Shown here one piece after another: positions 1 through 10,986 of a DNA stretch of 55,331 bases. Source of the DNA: Flexibacter sp. CG_4_10_14_3_um_filter_32_15. GTDB taxonomy: Bacteria; Bacteroidota; Bacteroidia; Cytophagales; Bernardetiaceae. Position 1 is the first letter of the stretch. Each line of letters starts with the position of its first letter. A model generated the notes under the pieces. The model did not search any database, was not told the DNA's origin, and saw nothing but the letters and a program-made list of their open reading frames with translations. The DNA lies in the NCBI GenBank assembly GCA_002784125.1, contig PFKD01000192.1:1-55331 (forward strand), in the 5' to 3' direction. A program made the translations under genes and the position numbers.

Positions 1-192
1 ATAATTTCTCATAATTTTTAGTAGGTTTGTTCAAAAATACACTTTTCCTAAGTCTCCAATTATTTTACTAATAATCTTTAAAACTTCATTGCTATCTTTT
101 GGACAGTTTATGATTTATGTATCTTGCTAAACAATTAATTAGCGCATACAATTTCACAAACATTTTATTTTATATCCCTCATTTCAATTTAT

Positions 193-2283
193 ATGAAACA
201 TTCTATTTACAAAATTGGAACTTTTGCATTGGGTCTGACTTTCGGATTAGGTCTAACTTCTTGCAATGAACCAAAAAAAACAACTGCTACCGAGGTAACA
301 GAAGAAGAAGTAACTGATAAAAAACCAACGGATTATTTAGCTATTGACTTAACAAACTTGGATACAACTGTTCGTCCTCAAGATGACTTTTTTATGTATG
401 TCAATGGAAACTGGCTGAAAAAAAATCCTATTCCTGCCTCTGAAACTCGCTGGACAAGTTTTAGTGAAATTTTGGAAAGAAATAGAGAAATTTTGAAACG
501 TGTTGCTGAAAGTGCAGTCAATAATACTTCTGCTTCTCCTACTTCTGCTGAAGGACATGTTGCAGCTTTCTATAAAAGTGGAATGAACGAAGAAAAGCGT
601 GAAGAATTAGGAATGAAACCTTTAACCCCTCACTTAGAAGCAATCAATAAAGCCACTACTTTAGATGAGTTTTTGAAAGTTACGGCTAGTCAAAAAGCTG
701 TAGCAGGTGGTTTATTTCGTGTTTATGTAACGGCTGACGAAAAAAATAGTTCTACAAACGCACTTTATTTGAATCAAGGAGGAACTTCTCTTCCAAAAGC
801 TTATTATGAAACGCCAGACCTCAAAGAAAAATTAGCTGCTTTTGAAAAGCATGTCGTTAATATGTTTGTTTTGATGGGAGAAAATGAAGAAACAGCAGCA
901 AAAAAAGCAAAAAATGTAGTAGCTATCGAAACGGCACTAGCAAAAGTTTCTCGCACGCCAGCAGAGCGTAGAGATACAGAAAAGAATTACAACAAAATGA
1001 GCTTTGCAGAGCTTCAAAAACTTTCTCCAAATGTAAATTGGAAAGCACATTTGTCAGATGTTGGACTTCAAGATATTGAAAGTGTAGAAAATGTTATTGT
1101 GGGAGAACCCGAATTTTTTACAGGTTTGAGTAAAATCTTAAAAAGTAATTCGTTAGAAGCACTTAAAGATTATCAAAAATACCAGCTTGCAAGTAGTTTT
1201 GCCAACTTCTTAAACAGCGATTTTGAGAAAGAAGCATTTGATTTTTATAACAAAACCATGCGTGGACAAACCGAAATGCAAGAACGTTGGAAACTTGTCT
1301 TAAATGTAATTGATAGAAGTGTAGGGCATTCTTTGGGTCAGTTGTATGTAAAAGAAGCATTTAGTCCGAAGGCAAAAGAACGTGCTGAAATAATGATAAA
1401 AGACGTTCGTGCAGGTTTTGAAGACCATATCAAAGGTTTAGAATGGATGGGAGAAGACACCAAACAACAAGCTCTTACAAAACTTTTAGCCATTACTACA
1501 AAAATCGGTTATCCTGACACTTGGAAAACCTACGAAGGTCTTGAGCTTTCAGAAGATAATTATGCTCAAAATGTAATGAACGCAAATATTTGGAGGTTAA
1601 AAGACAACTTAGCAAAAATAGGAACGCCTGTTGATAAATCAGAGTGGCATATGACTCCTTCTACTGTAAATGCGTACTACAATCCAACAAGCAACGAAAT
1701 TGTATTCCCTGCTGGAATCCTTCAACCTCCTTTCTTTAGCGAACATGCAGACGATGCTGTAAATTATGGTGGAATTGGAGCAGTTATCGGACACGAAATT
1801 TCACATGGTTTTGATGACCAAGGAAGTCAGTATGATGCAGAAGGCAATATGAATAATTGGTGGACAGATACAGACAAAGAACAATTTAAAGAAAAAACAA
1901 CTTCACTCATTGATCAGTATAGTGAATACATAGTTTTAGACGGAATAAAAGTAAAAGGCGATGCTACACTAGGCGAAAATATTGCTGATTTGGGTGGAAT
2001 GGCTGTTGCTTATGATGCGCTTCAAAAAGCATGGACAAGAGAAGGCAAACCAGAAAATCAAGATGGACTTACGCCAGAGCAGCGTTTCTTTGTCAGTTGG
2101 GCGCAAATTTGGCGTGTAAACTTCACAGACGAAGAGCTTCGCAACCGAATTGAAACTGATTATCACTCACCCGGAATGTTTCGTGCAAATGGTCCTTTAA
2201 GTAACTTTGACCCTTTCTTTACGGCTTTTGATGTAAAAGAAGGCGACAAAATGCGTAGAGAAAAACAAATTGTTATTTGGTAA
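193..2283 (+). CDS. pepO: M13 family zinc metallopeptidase (PepO/neprilysin-like), lipoprotein
   Basis: HEISH zinc motif, VNAYY, ENIAD and DDFFMYVNGNW motifs; lipobox LTSC. Confidence 0.92.
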   Translation: MKHSIYKIGTFALGLTFGLGLTSCNEPKKTTATEVTEEEVTDKKPTDYLAIDLTNLDTTVRPQDDFFMYVNGNWLKKNPIPASETRWTSFSEILERNREILKRVAESAVNNTSASPTSAEGHVAAFYKSGMNEEKREELGMKPLTPHLEAINKATTLDEFLKVTASQKAVAGGLFRVYVTADEKNSSTNALYLNQGGTSLPKAYYETPDLKEKLAAFEKHVVNMFVLMGENEETAAKKAKNVVAIETALAKVSRTPAERRDTEKNYNKMSFAELQKLSPNVNWKAHLSDVGLQDIESVENVIVGEPEFFTGLSKILKSNSLEALKDYQKYQLASSFANFLNSDFEKEAFDFYNKTMRGQTEMQERWKLVLNVIDRSVGHSLGQLYVKEAFSPKAKERAEIMIKDVRAGFEDHIKGLEWMGEDTKQQALTKLLAITTKIGYPDTWKTYEGLELSEDNYAQNVMNANIWRLKDNLAKIGTPVDKSEWHMTPSTVNAYYNPTSNEIVFPAGILQPPFFSEHADDAVNYGGIGAVIGHEISHGFDDQGSQYDAEGNMNNWWTDTDKEQFKEKTTSLIDQYSEYIVLDGIKVKGDATLGENIADLGGMAVAYDALQKAWTREGKPENQDGLTPEQRFFVSWAQIWRVNFTDEELRNRIETDYHSPGMFRANGPLSNFDPFFTAFDVKEGDKMRREKQIVIW

Positions 2284-2303
2284 GACACCAACAAGGGCAA
2301 GAG

Positions 2304-2347
2304 AAAAACCGTTTTATTATTTTTATAAAATAATGAAACGGTTTTTT
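2304..2347 (+). terminator. Probable bidirectional intrinsic terminator
   Basis: AAAAACCGTTTTATTATTTT/AAAATAATGAAACGGTTTTT inverted repeat between convergent genes. Confidence 0.6.
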
Positions 2348-2408
2348 GATATGTAACAGACTTTCTAGTCTGTTTAGAAATTATACTAAAATTCACTAAA
2401 GTATGTTT

Positions 2409-2458
2409 GTAACTTACGCTTTAGCGTGAGAAAAATGTACCGAAAACTTTAGTTTTCG
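2409..2458 (+). repeat. Tandem REP-like palindromes (GTA-foot, TTTA loop family)
   Basis: GTAACTTACGCTTTAGCGTGAG + GTACCGAAAACTTTAGTTTTCG; related copies at 20671-20748, 47044-47092 and 47165-47186. Confidence 0.75.
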
Positions 2459-2508
2459 TCAGTGGGCAGAAACCAAAATTAAAGGTCAAAATAGCTTTTA
2501 TTTTGGTA

Positions 2509-3324
2509 TTATTTTTTTCTAGCCACAGCAATCACAGAACCTCCAAAAGGAAGTTTTACAGCATTGCGTATCAAAAACTCATCTATTTTCATAAAAGCTG
2601 AAAAAGTCTTGTTTACGATAGGAGGAATATTAAATTCTTCCATATTTTCTTCATCTTGATTAGCCTCTCCTTTACCTTTTAATTTGCGAGAAGTGTACAT
2701 AAGTGGAAAAAGTGCAAATACAAAAGAACTCAAATATTCTACTTCAAAGCCTACAGATTCTAGTTTTTGCTTCATTTCCGAACGTGTATAGCGTCTTTTA
2801 TGAAAAGCAATATCATCAGCACTACTCCACATAAACATATATTGAGGAACAGAAATAAAAAATAAACCGTCTTTTTTGAGGCTTTTATGTACATTTTTCA
2901 TGACTTCTACGTCTTCTTCTATATGTTCTAGAACATCAAAAGCACCAACAGCATCAAACTTTCCTTCAAATGGAATTCTGGTGGCATCAAGTTGAATAAA
3001 ATCTACTTCTGGCAATCTTTTTTTGGCAAATTCAATTCCTTTGAGGTGAATTTCTGAACCCATAAGCAAATAAGAAGGAAAGCGATTTTTGAGTCCATTC
3101 AAAACATAACCCGTTCCACAACCAATTTCTAGTACTTCGGCAGCTTTGTTTTCTCCTAAATATTTTTTGAATAAACCTTGAATGACTTTATTTCTTGATT
3201 TAAACCAAAAATTATCCTCCTCTACTTTGTATAATTTTTCAAAACTATCTGCTGAAAAGCCTTCATTTTCATGTGCAAATTCAGGCGCATAACATTTGAT
3301 GTCATCTATAAGTTGATATTCCAT
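2509..3324 (-). CDS. Class I SAM-dependent methyltransferase
   Basis: VLEIGCGTG motif I; FDVLEH; VPQY...D..AFHKRRY typical of methyltransferases in glycosylation clusters. Confidence 0.88.
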   Translation of the reverse strand: MEYQLIDDIKCYAPEFAHENEGFSADSFEKLYKVEEDNFWFKSRNKVIQGLFKKYLGENKAAEVLEIGCGTGYVLNGLKNRFPSYLLMGSEIHLKGIEFAKKRLPEVDFIQLDATRIPFEGKFDAVGAFDVLEHIEEDVEVMKNVHKSLKKDGLFFISVPQYMFMWSSADDIAFHKRRYTRSEMKQKLESVGFEVEYLSSFVFALFPLMYTSRKLKGKGEANQDEENMEEFNIPPIVNKTFSAFMKIDEFLIRNAVKLPFGGSVIAVARKK

Positions 3325-3341
3325 TTTATATATTTGTTGAT

Positions 3342-4478
3342 TTATTTTTGGTAAAAATCAGTTATTGTCTTGATAACTCGTTTTATTTCCTCTTCTTTAA
3401 GTTCGTAATAGAAAGGAAGACGAACCAAACAATCTGCATAATTATCACAATTTGGAAGCTCTCTTCCGTCGTGTTTATCTTGATAGAAAGGCGATTTGTG
3501 CAAAGATAAATAGTGAAAAACTGCATTTATATCATTTTCTTTCAGTTTGGAAATAAGTGCTGAGCGTTCTTCAATATCTTTACAAACCAAATAAAACATA
3601 TGTGCATTATTGGTAGCATAACTAGGAATTTGAGGGATTCGGACAAGATTTTTACTGTCTAATTCTTTCAAACCTTCATAGTATTTATTCCAAATGTATT
3701 TTCGACGGTTTTGTATGTCTTCTAAATTTTCTAATTGAGCATACAAAAAAGCAGCAATAATATCGGAAGGCAAAAAAGAAGAACCAATATCTACCCAACC
3801 GTATTTATCTATTTCTCCTCTAAAAAAAGCAGAACGATTTGTTCCTTTTTCTCTAATTATTTCGGCTCGTTTGATAAACCTATCATCATTAATGACTAAC
3901 ATTCCACCCTCTCCAGAAATAATATTTTTGGTTTCATGAAATGAAAAAGTAGCTAAGTGTCCGATACTTCCCAATGGTTTTCCTTTATAAAAGCTATCGA
4001 TTGCCTGTGCTGCATCTTCAATGACAAAAAGATTATGCTTGTTTGCAATAGCCATAATTTTGTCCATATCACAAGCCATTCCTGCATAATGAACCACTAC
4101 AATCGCTTTTGTTTTTTCAGTAATAAGTTCTTCTACTTTGTCAGCATCGATATTTGGTGTATTGTTTTCGCTATCTACAAAAACAATTTTTGCACCACGC
4201 AACACAAAGGCATTCGAAGTAGAAACAAAAGTATAAGAAGGCATAATGACTTCATCTCCTTCTTTTAAATCAATAAGAAGTGCAGCCATTTCTAGTGCAT
4301 CTGTACAAGAAGTAGTCAGTAAACACTTTTTGAAGTTGTAGTTGCGTTCTAAAAATTGATGGCATCTTTTGGTAAATATACCATCACCAGATATTTTTTT
4401 ACTCTCAACAGACTGACGGATATATTCCGTTTCATTGCCTGTCATGTAAGGCTTATTAAAACCAATAGATGTGTTCAT
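3342..4478 (-). CDS. rffA: dTDP-4-amino-4,6-dideoxygalactose transaminase (WecE/RffA, DegT/DnrJ family)
   Basis: FNKPY, TSCTDALEMAA, EDAAQA, SFHETKN (PLP lysine), EKGTNR; start placed at MNTSIG. Confidence 0.92.
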   Translation of the reverse strand: MNTSIGFNKPYMTGNETEYIRQSVESKKISGDGIFTKRCHQFLERNYNFKKCLLTTSCTDALEMAALLIDLKEGDEVIMPSYTFVSTSNAFVLRGAKIVFVDSENNTPNIDADKVEELITEKTKAIVVVHYAGMACDMDKIMAIANKHNLFVIEDAAQAIDSFYKGKPLGSIGHLATFSFHETKNIISGEGGMLVINDDRFIKRAEIIREKGTNRSAFFRGEIDKYGWVDIGSSFLPSDIIAAFLYAQLENLEDIQNRRKYIWNKYYEGLKELDSKNLVRIPQIPSYATNNAHMFYLVCKDIEERSALISKLKENDINAVFHYLSLHKSPFYQDKHDGRELPNCDNYADCLVRLPFYYELKEEEIKRVIKTITDFYQK

Positions 4479-4485
4479 TTTTATA

Positions 4486-4851
4486 TTAGAATTTTGCTGT
4501 AATAATAACTCCAAGAATAATAAATACTAAACCCACTACTTTATACCAATTAAATTCTTCATTAAAAAGAAAAACTCCTGCAAAAAAAACTAATACAAAC
4601 GATAAACTTGTAAAAGGGTAAGCATAAGAAAGTTCGAATTTTGTAAGGGTAGCAGCCCAACACATACTAGCCAAAAAAGCAGCAGCAAATCCCGAAATTA
4701 TCCAAAAATCTAGATAAGCAGTCATAATAAAATAAATTTTATTAAAAAAACTTCCCTCTGGAATTGCTCCCTTTAACTGCATTCTCCATTTGAATACTAA
4801 TTGTCCATAAACTGTAAAAAATACAGTCAAAAATATAAATAAATATCCCAT
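4486..4851 (-). CDS. Small EamA/SMR-like membrane protein (ArnE/F-type lipid-linked sugar flippase subunit)
   Basis: 121 aa with 4 hydrophobic helices; ELSYAYPFTSL motif. Confidence 0.75.
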   Translation of the reverse strand: MGYLFIFLTVFFTVYGQLVFKWRMQLKGAIPEGSFFNKIYFIMTAYLDFWIISGFAAAFLASMCWAATLTKFELSYAYPFTSLSFVLVFFAGVFLFNEEFNWYKVVGLVFIILGVIITAKF

Positions 4852-4853
4852 AG

Positions 4854-6362
4854 TTAACTTTCAATTGTAAATTCTATTGTTTTTACTATTCGTTTTTTAT
4901 ATCGTTCTGTGTGTGAGATTTCCATATTGTTAGATTGGCTAGTATAAAAAGTTCCTCTATAAGTAATAGGTTTAGTATAATGTTGATATTTATAGTCAAA
5001 ACTAGCCAATTTTTTAGCATAATTTATATCAACACTATCTATTTCTATTTTTCCAGTAATATGTTGCTCTCCCCCCCCACTGTCTTCTTTGAGGAAGTAT
5101 GGTTCTATAATAAAGTATATCTGAACCATGATTAGAAAAGAAAAGATGATCTACACCTGTAAAGTAGGGAAGCCTTTTACCTTTTATACTAGAAAAAGGA
5201 ACAATATTATATTGATTATTAATTTTTTTTTCTAAAAAAAGCCAGTTATTTCCCATAGCCAGTCATCTTGATTAAATACAATCGGAAGTGCATATCCTGC
5301 TGCATAACACCCCCAAGATATCTTACCTGTTAGGTAACTTCCTAATACTTTGTATGTAACTTCATTTATTGCTCTGTAATTAGTTAAGACATACAATGTA
5401 GAAATAACTACATAAAAAAATATAGATGGATATATGTTGTATCTAAAGTTTAAATTCTCTGGTAACTTATAACTATACTTAGCTATTTTTTTGAACTCAA
5501 AACGATAAAATATAGCTATCCACAATGCAATCTCCATGTGTGGAAGATAAGAAAGCTGAATAAAAATAAGACTCAAAATAAAAAATATCCATCCCCAGTA
5601 TTGCACAAATATTTTTCCCCATCTAAAAAATAGTAGAAAAATCATGAAAAGTTGAAAGATAGACTGTCCTATCAATCCAATATAAGAATTCCATTTCATT
5701 ATCAAAGGAGAGATGTTTTCTATTTCTCTAAAAAAATCAGAGTATTTGCACAAATATGTATTTACTAGTAAAGCATGTACGGTATATCCTTTTATCCAAT
5801 GAGGATCGGTTACATGGTATAAAAACGCTCCAAAGCTCACTAAGGCATAAGCAGAAAGTCCATAAAAATAAATTGTCTTAAAGTCTTTTTTTTTAGGAAA
5901 ACCTATTATAGAATATGCCTTACTCAAAATTTTAGAAAGTATGTTCTTTTTTGATAAAATCCAAGCATCTATTGAAAGTTTGCTTCCATGATTAAGAAAA
6001 ATCATTATCGTTAATAACTGAATAAAGGTCGTATCTCCTAAAGTATGAGTTCCATAATGACTAGAAAATTGCAACACATAAGTCAGAAGCAAAAAAATAC
6101 TAATTAATGGGGTAAAAAAACCTAAAATAAATAAAATGATAACAAATAGATATATCAATCCTTCGTTATTCATTCCATCTAAATATCCCATATAGGGTGC
6201 TGCATATACAATTTCAGTATTTCTTATTAGCAAAATAATACCTGCTAGTATTCTTAAGACACTTAATTTAAGTTGCTCATTGTCAGTGTTTTGAATATCT
6301 GCAAGTTTGGATTTTTGTGCTATCCACTCAAACCCATTCTTTATTTTGTTAAAAAAATTCAT
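4854..6362 (-). pseudogene. HTTM-like polytopic membrane protein split by two frameshifts (ORFs 5232-6362, 5035-5256, 4854-5129)
   Basis: Three overlapping same-strand ORFs that join into one reading frame; breaks near 5260 and at the C8/G8 tract 5071-5078; HTTM-like segments LRILAG, LSIDAW, WIKG. Confidence 0.6.
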
Positions 6363-6372
6363 CTGTTAAAAT

Positions 6373-7293
6373 TTAGTTAGTTTTTAAAATAGTTAAGCCA
6401 AAACCTTCTTTTCCATTTTGATTTCCATTATAAAGCATATAATAATTTTCTTTATGAGAAAATACAAAAGAGTAACAAATCATTTGACTATCCCAACCTT
6501 CTTCAGAAACATCAATTCCTGTATAATTATCGTGGCGTTTCCATTCTATTCCATTTTTAGAAGTAGCATAACCGATTCGATATGTTTTTCCTGTACCTTC
6601 TCTAAAAGAAAACCACATGTGATATATTCCATTTTCTATAATTACACTCGGTTTTGAAAAGGCTTGGGCAATTCCTATTTCATAAGGAATAGCTACACCA
6701 TGTTTTTGCCAGTTTTCACCATCTTTTGAAGTTGCATACTTAATGGCATGTATCATTTCATTGTTTCCAGCGTCCCAAGTAATTGTAGAACCATACCACA
6801 TTTTATATATTCCTTCATGATACATAACAAAAGGATAAGATAAACTAATTTTGTCTTCTTCATCTATTCCCATAAAAGCAGAAGAAGGAGTTACTTTCAT
6901 GTCAATTTTATCAGTAAGTTCTATCCTACCAACATCTCCTCGCCAATGTTCATTTTTAGGATATTGCCAACCCATAAAGAGAATATATGTTTTATCGTTT
7001 ACATCAAAAGCATTTCCAATACTAATACCATGAGAATAAAAACTATTTTCATTTCCATATACTAAAATTGGTTCTTTAGGATAATTAATAATCTCTTGTG
7101 TAATAATATTTATATCAACATATCCTATAGAAGATTTATTTTCTTTATTTCTGCCACTATAAAAAATTCTGAATATATCATTTTCTAAATGAACAGCTAA
7201 TGGATTGGCAGCATGAGAACACAAATAAGGATTTTGATTATTAACTTGAAATAATTGTCCTAGTTTTTTCCAATTATGATTTTGCATAAACAT
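6373..7293 (-). CDS. Five-bladed beta-propeller glycoside hydrolase-like protein (GH32/GH130-like)
   Basis: Repeated YKMWYG / YHMWFS and YATSKDG..W / YATSKNG..W blades; GWDSQMICY. Confidence 0.7.
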   Translation of the reverse strand: MFMQNHNWKKLGQLFQVNNQNPYLCSHAANPLAVHLENDIFRIFYSGRNKENKSSIGYVDINIITQEIINYPKEPILVYGNENSFYSHGISIGNAFDVNDKTYILFMGWQYPKNEHWRGDVGRIELTDKIDMKVTPSSAFMGIDEEDKISLSYPFVMYHEGIYKMWYGSTITWDAGNNEMIHAIKYATSKDGENWQKHGVAIPYEIGIAQAFSKPSVIIENGIYHMWFSFREGTGKTYRIGYATSKNGIEWKRHDNYTGIDVSEEGWDSQMICYSFVFSHKENYYMLYNGNQNGKEGFGLTILKTN

Positions 7294-7952
7294 TAAAAAT
7301 TAAGCTCATCACTCTTTTTTCCTAAAAGAATTGATTTTGCAGGAAGGTAAACCTCTTTTTCTACTGTGTTTTTACTGATAATAGCTCCTGCTGCAAGTAA
7401 TGTTTCTTTTTCTATCACTACATTATTATGTAAGGTAGCATTTACACCCAAAAAGCAATTTGATTTTATTTCGCAATGACCTGAAATAACGACGTGTGAG
7501 CTAATAAAATTATGGTCGTGGATAATAGAATGGTGTCCAATATGATTTCCACTCCAAAGCGTAATATTACTTCCTAGTTTGACAAAAGGCTGAATGGTAT
7601 TATCCTCAAATATAAAACAATTATCTCCACATGGGTATTGCGACATATACGAACATTTGCTACTAATATAAGAAACAAGCGTGTATCCTTTTGCCTTTGC
7701 ATCATAGTATTTTTCCTCTCTAATTTTATTCATTTTGGAATAACTTAGAGCTATGAATAATTGATATTCAGTAATTGGGTATTTTTTTTCTAACTCTTCG
7801 AAAGCCGCAACAGGTTTTCCTTCAAAAGTATCTTCTTTTAGATATTCTTGATTGACGGTAAAAGCCACTACTTCATGTTCAGAATCAATATCAAAGTAAT
7901 AGTTGGCAATTTGTGCAATATCTCCTGTGCCGAAAATTATAATCTTACTCAT
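7293..7952 (-). CDS. Sugar acetyltransferase, NeuD/PglD-type hexapeptide repeat
   Basis: N-terminal IIFGTG plus left-handed beta-helix repeats, IGHH motif. Confidence 0.85.
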   Translation of the reverse strand: MSKIIIFGTGDIAQIANYYFDIDSEHEVVAFTVNQEYLKEDTFEGKPVAAFEELEKKYPITEYQLFIALSYSKMNKIREEKYYDAKAKGYTLVSYISSKCSYMSQYPCGDNCFIFEDNTIQPFVKLGSNITLWSGNHIGHHSIIHDHNFISSHVVISGHCEIKSNCFLGVNATLHNNVVIEKETLLAAGAIISKNTVEKEVYLPAKSILLGKKSDELNF

Positions 7953-8610
7953 AGAAATTATTTTTTTTGATTAATAGACAAAATTCATAGATAGGATAGT
8001 CGTGTAGAAGAGCTACATATCTTGAAAAATTAGTTTTACAATAAGAAAACAACTCCATTGGATTGGCATAATACAAATGTTCTTTCATGTATTCTTTATC
8101 GGAAAATGAAGTAAGACAATTAAATGAAAATCCTTTTAGTGTAATTGTATTAAAAATAGAAAGTGTATCTAAAATATATTGATGCCACTCTTGAGGATTT
8201 TCTTTTAGCTTGACACTAAAAATACCACTTGCAATGACGTAATCAAAAGTAGCATTTTCTTTTATTTCTGTTATCCACTCTATTTTTTGATTTGTTTTTT
8301 GAGTGCTTTGAGAAGGATATTTTTCTTTCGCTTTCTTTATCATTTCTTCCGAAATATCGTATCCTATATACTTTGCATTTGGATAATTTTTAGAAACGTA
8401 TTCAGACATAGCACCATATCCACACCCATAATCCAAAACCGAAAACTGTTCTTCTTTATTTTGAGGTAATAATTTACAGAGTTGTTCAAATCTAAGTACT
8501 TGTGATTCTTCTGAATTCCAATCTACCCCTTGAGGAGAATCTCCAAACTGCTTTACTTTATCAGTATAATAAGTATTGACAGCATCAAGAATTTTTTTGT
8601 GTGTAGGCAT
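7945..8610 (-). CDS. Class I SAM-dependent methyltransferase
   Basis: VLDYGCGYG, GYDISEEM, DYVIASGIF. Confidence 0.85.
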   Translation of the reverse strand: MPTHKKILDAVNTYYTDKVKQFGDSPQGVDWNSEESQVLRFEQLCKLLPQNKEEQFSVLDYGCGYGAMSEYVSKNYPNAKYIGYDISEEMIKKAKEKYPSQSTQKTNQKIEWITEIKENATFDYVIASGIFSVKLKENPQEWHQYILDTLSIFNTITLKGFSFNCLTSFSDKEYMKEHLYYANPMELFSYCKTNFSRYVALLHDYPIYEFCLLIKKNNFYE

Positions 8611-8617
8611 TGTATAA

Positions 8618-9340
8618 TTATTTTTTATCAAAATTTTTCATAAATGAAGTTGCATTGTTACCTTCATTAAGTATCAAATCAATAATAGAAACTTCATGTG
8701 TAAAGTCGCCATGTAATTGTGTGTATTCTGGATAACCTGAATAATCTAGGTAATGTACTTTGATATTTTCTTGTTCGAATAACTCTTCGTCCATATAATT
8801 TTTGGCTGCCGAACCCGTATAATAATCCGTACCCCCTACTTTTTTACACAAATCTACTAATCGTTCTGTTTTTCCTTCTACAAGTTCGAAATCCATAGAA
8901 AAACGAATAGGAGTAGTAATTCCTAAATAATCAGAAATAGCACGTAAAAAGCGATAATTTATTTGACTCAAATGTTCTTCGTTACAATTTAGATACAATT
9001 CTTCAAAAAAATCTTTATTTTCTAAAAAAGCCTCAGCTTTAGAATAATTGGCTTTTATAAGTTCCCAGTGTTTCTTATTCCAATCAGTATCACTAACTTT
9101 TGTGTCTTTTATAGCTTGAAAAAATTTACCTTTTACTTCAACAGGAATAGACATCCAAACGGCACCTTTTGGCGTTTTTATTTTGTTACGATTACGCCAA
9201 TCTCTTTTGGTATATTGCATATCATCATACAAAACTACCTCATCGACTAGCTCAATAGAATCAAAATATCCTTTCCATGGAATATAATTAGATTGTGTAA
9301 TTATTACTTTTTTGTTTACTTTTGATTTATTTTCTATCAT
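8618..9340 (-). CDS. WbqC family protein
   Basis: QSNYIPWKGYF, DDMQY, WRNRN, SIIDLILNEG signature. Confidence 0.9.
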   Translation of the reverse strand: MIENKSKVNKKVIITQSNYIPWKGYFDSIELVDEVVLYDDMQYTKRDWRNRNKIKTPKGAVWMSIPVEVKGKFFQAIKDTKVSDTDWNKKHWELIKANYSKAEAFLENKDFFEELYLNCNEEHLSQINYRFLRAISDYLGITTPIRFSMDFELVEGKTERLVDLCKKVGGTDYYTGSAAKNYMDEELFEQENIKVHYLDYSGYPEYTQLHGDFTHEVSIIDLILNEGNNATSFMKNFDKK

Positions 9341-9364
9341 TTTTTTTGACTGTTTTTGCTAGTT

Positions 9365-10186
9365 TTATTTATGCAGAGTAATTTTGTTTAATCTTCTCTC
9401 TCTAAAATCTTTAACATTAGTAGGCACTTGATAAGTTACTCCTAATAATTCTTTCAATTTAGGAGATAAAGATTTTCCTTCAAATTGTGAAGCAATATCA
9501 ACTTGTTGTTTGATAATCGGTACTACAAACATAGTATTGATACCATAACGAACAGCATCAGAAGAATTTATACCTGCTCTATGATATAACATACTATCAA
9601 AAAAGAGTACTGAACCTTTTGGTGCAGTTATCTGAATTTGATTCTCTTTCACAAACTCGGAACTCGGAAAATAATCTAGTCTATGGGAGTACGGCAAAAC
9701 AAAAGTAGCTCCGTTAGTAATAGTAAAATCTGTTAGACAATAAAAAGCATTAAAACCTAATGATTTGCTGCTTGTCCAGTCTTGGTAAGGTAAATCTCTA
9801 TGCCATGAGGTTTGATGATGCTCTTTTTGAGGACGATTAATTACACCATTTTGTAAATGCAACTGAAAGGCTTTTCCAAGTATTCTTTCAGCCAATTCCA
9901 AAGAAAGCTCATTTGTAAATAACTCAAAAAACAACTCATCTTCTAAAAAAGGCATTCTAACCATGTCCAGTTCATCAAGAGCTGCTAAATTCTCTTTTCC
10001 AAACTCCTCTTCTTGTCTTTGATAAATTGTCTCTAACTTTTGATTTAGTTTATCACAAAATGTTGAATCGAGAACATTTTTCTCTATTGAGAATCCTTTT
10101 ATCTTGATATTTTCTACGTGAAAATCTATTTTATTAGAGAATTCAATTTGATTAGTAATACCGTAGCTTTTCATATTTTGTGTCAT
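9365..10186 (-). CDS. Fe(II)/2-oxoglutarate dioxygenase, PhyH family
   Basis: WHRD (HxD), NGATFVLPYSH, GSVLFFDSMLYHRAG. Confidence 0.88.
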   Translation of the reverse strand: MTQNMKSYGITNQIEFSNKIDFHVENIKIKGFSIEKNVLDSTFCDKLNQKLETIYQRQEEEFGKENLAALDELDMVRMPFLEDELFFELFTNELSLELAERILGKAFQLHLQNGVINRPQKEHHQTSWHRDLPYQDWTSSKSLGFNAFYCLTDFTITNGATFVLPYSHRLDYFPSSEFVKENQIQITAPKGSVLFFDSMLYHRAGINSSDAVRYGINTMFVVPIIKQQVDIASQFEGKSLSPKLKELLGVTYQVPTNVKDFRERRLNKITLHK

Positions 10187-10211
10187 GTAATTTTATTTGC
10201 GTAATGTAGTT

Positions 10212-10982
10212 TTAAAGAATAGGTTGAAGCTCACAATAAATAACTAGTGCATTTGAATTTCTACGAAATTGTTTTTGTAAAAAATGCAAAGGATAAAGGA
10301 ACGTTTCATTTAAAAATAACCCAAATACCGAAGGAAATGTAGTTTTATAAGGAACATTTCTGTTTCCCGTATAAACTGTTTTTTCTTTTTGGCTTAATTC
10401 TAATATTTTGCTTTCATTTTTCTTTATTAAGGCATTAGATAATTCAAAAAGCCAATTACTCATTGGGTAAGTAAGTCCTGCCAAATGAGTAGGTTTTAGA
10501 TTAAATTTTTCTTCAAAATACTTAAAATCATCAAATTCATAGCGTTTGATATGTCCTGCAATTTCATCTTCTATTCCCCAATATTTCATTGAGGCAGGTA
10601 CTAAAAACAGAATTGTTCCATTTGGGTTAAGAAGCTCTTTACACTTTTGGACAAAGTTTTCAAGCTCAGATGTTTCTAAATGCTCAATTACCATACAAGA
10701 AATAATAAGGTCAAATTTTTGAGAAGCATCTAGTTCAATAAAATCCTGATGGAAAACTTGATATTTATTTGAATCTATAAATTCTCTATTTAAAACTTTG
10801 TTATTCTGACAAGCAGATTCATTCAAATCACACCCCACCCCACTCATTCCTTTTTTTAATAGAATACGACTTATATATCCATTTCCAGAACCTATCTCTA
10901 AAAATGACTTCCAATTATTTTTATTAACACGTTCCTTCAAATACATATTTTGAAGTATATTTCCTGGAGGTAGTATTTTCAT
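10212..10982 (-). CDS. Class I SAM-dependent methyltransferase
   Basis: FLEIGSGNG, VIEHL, EDEIAGHIKRY; start placed at MKILPPG. Confidence 0.83.
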   Translation of the reverse strand: MKILPPGNILQNMYLKERVNKNNWKSFLEIGSGNGYISRILLKKGMSGVGCDLNESACQNNKVLNREFIDSNKYQVFHQDFIELDASQKFDLIISCMVIEHLETSELENFVQKCKELLNPNGTILFLVPASMKYWGIEDEIAGHIKRYEFDDFKYFEEKFNLKPTHLAGLTYPMSNWLFELSNALIKKNESKILELSQKEKTVYTGNRNVPYKTTFPSVFGLFLNETFLYPLHFLQKQFRRNSNALVIYCELQPIL

Positions 10983-10986
10983 TGCT

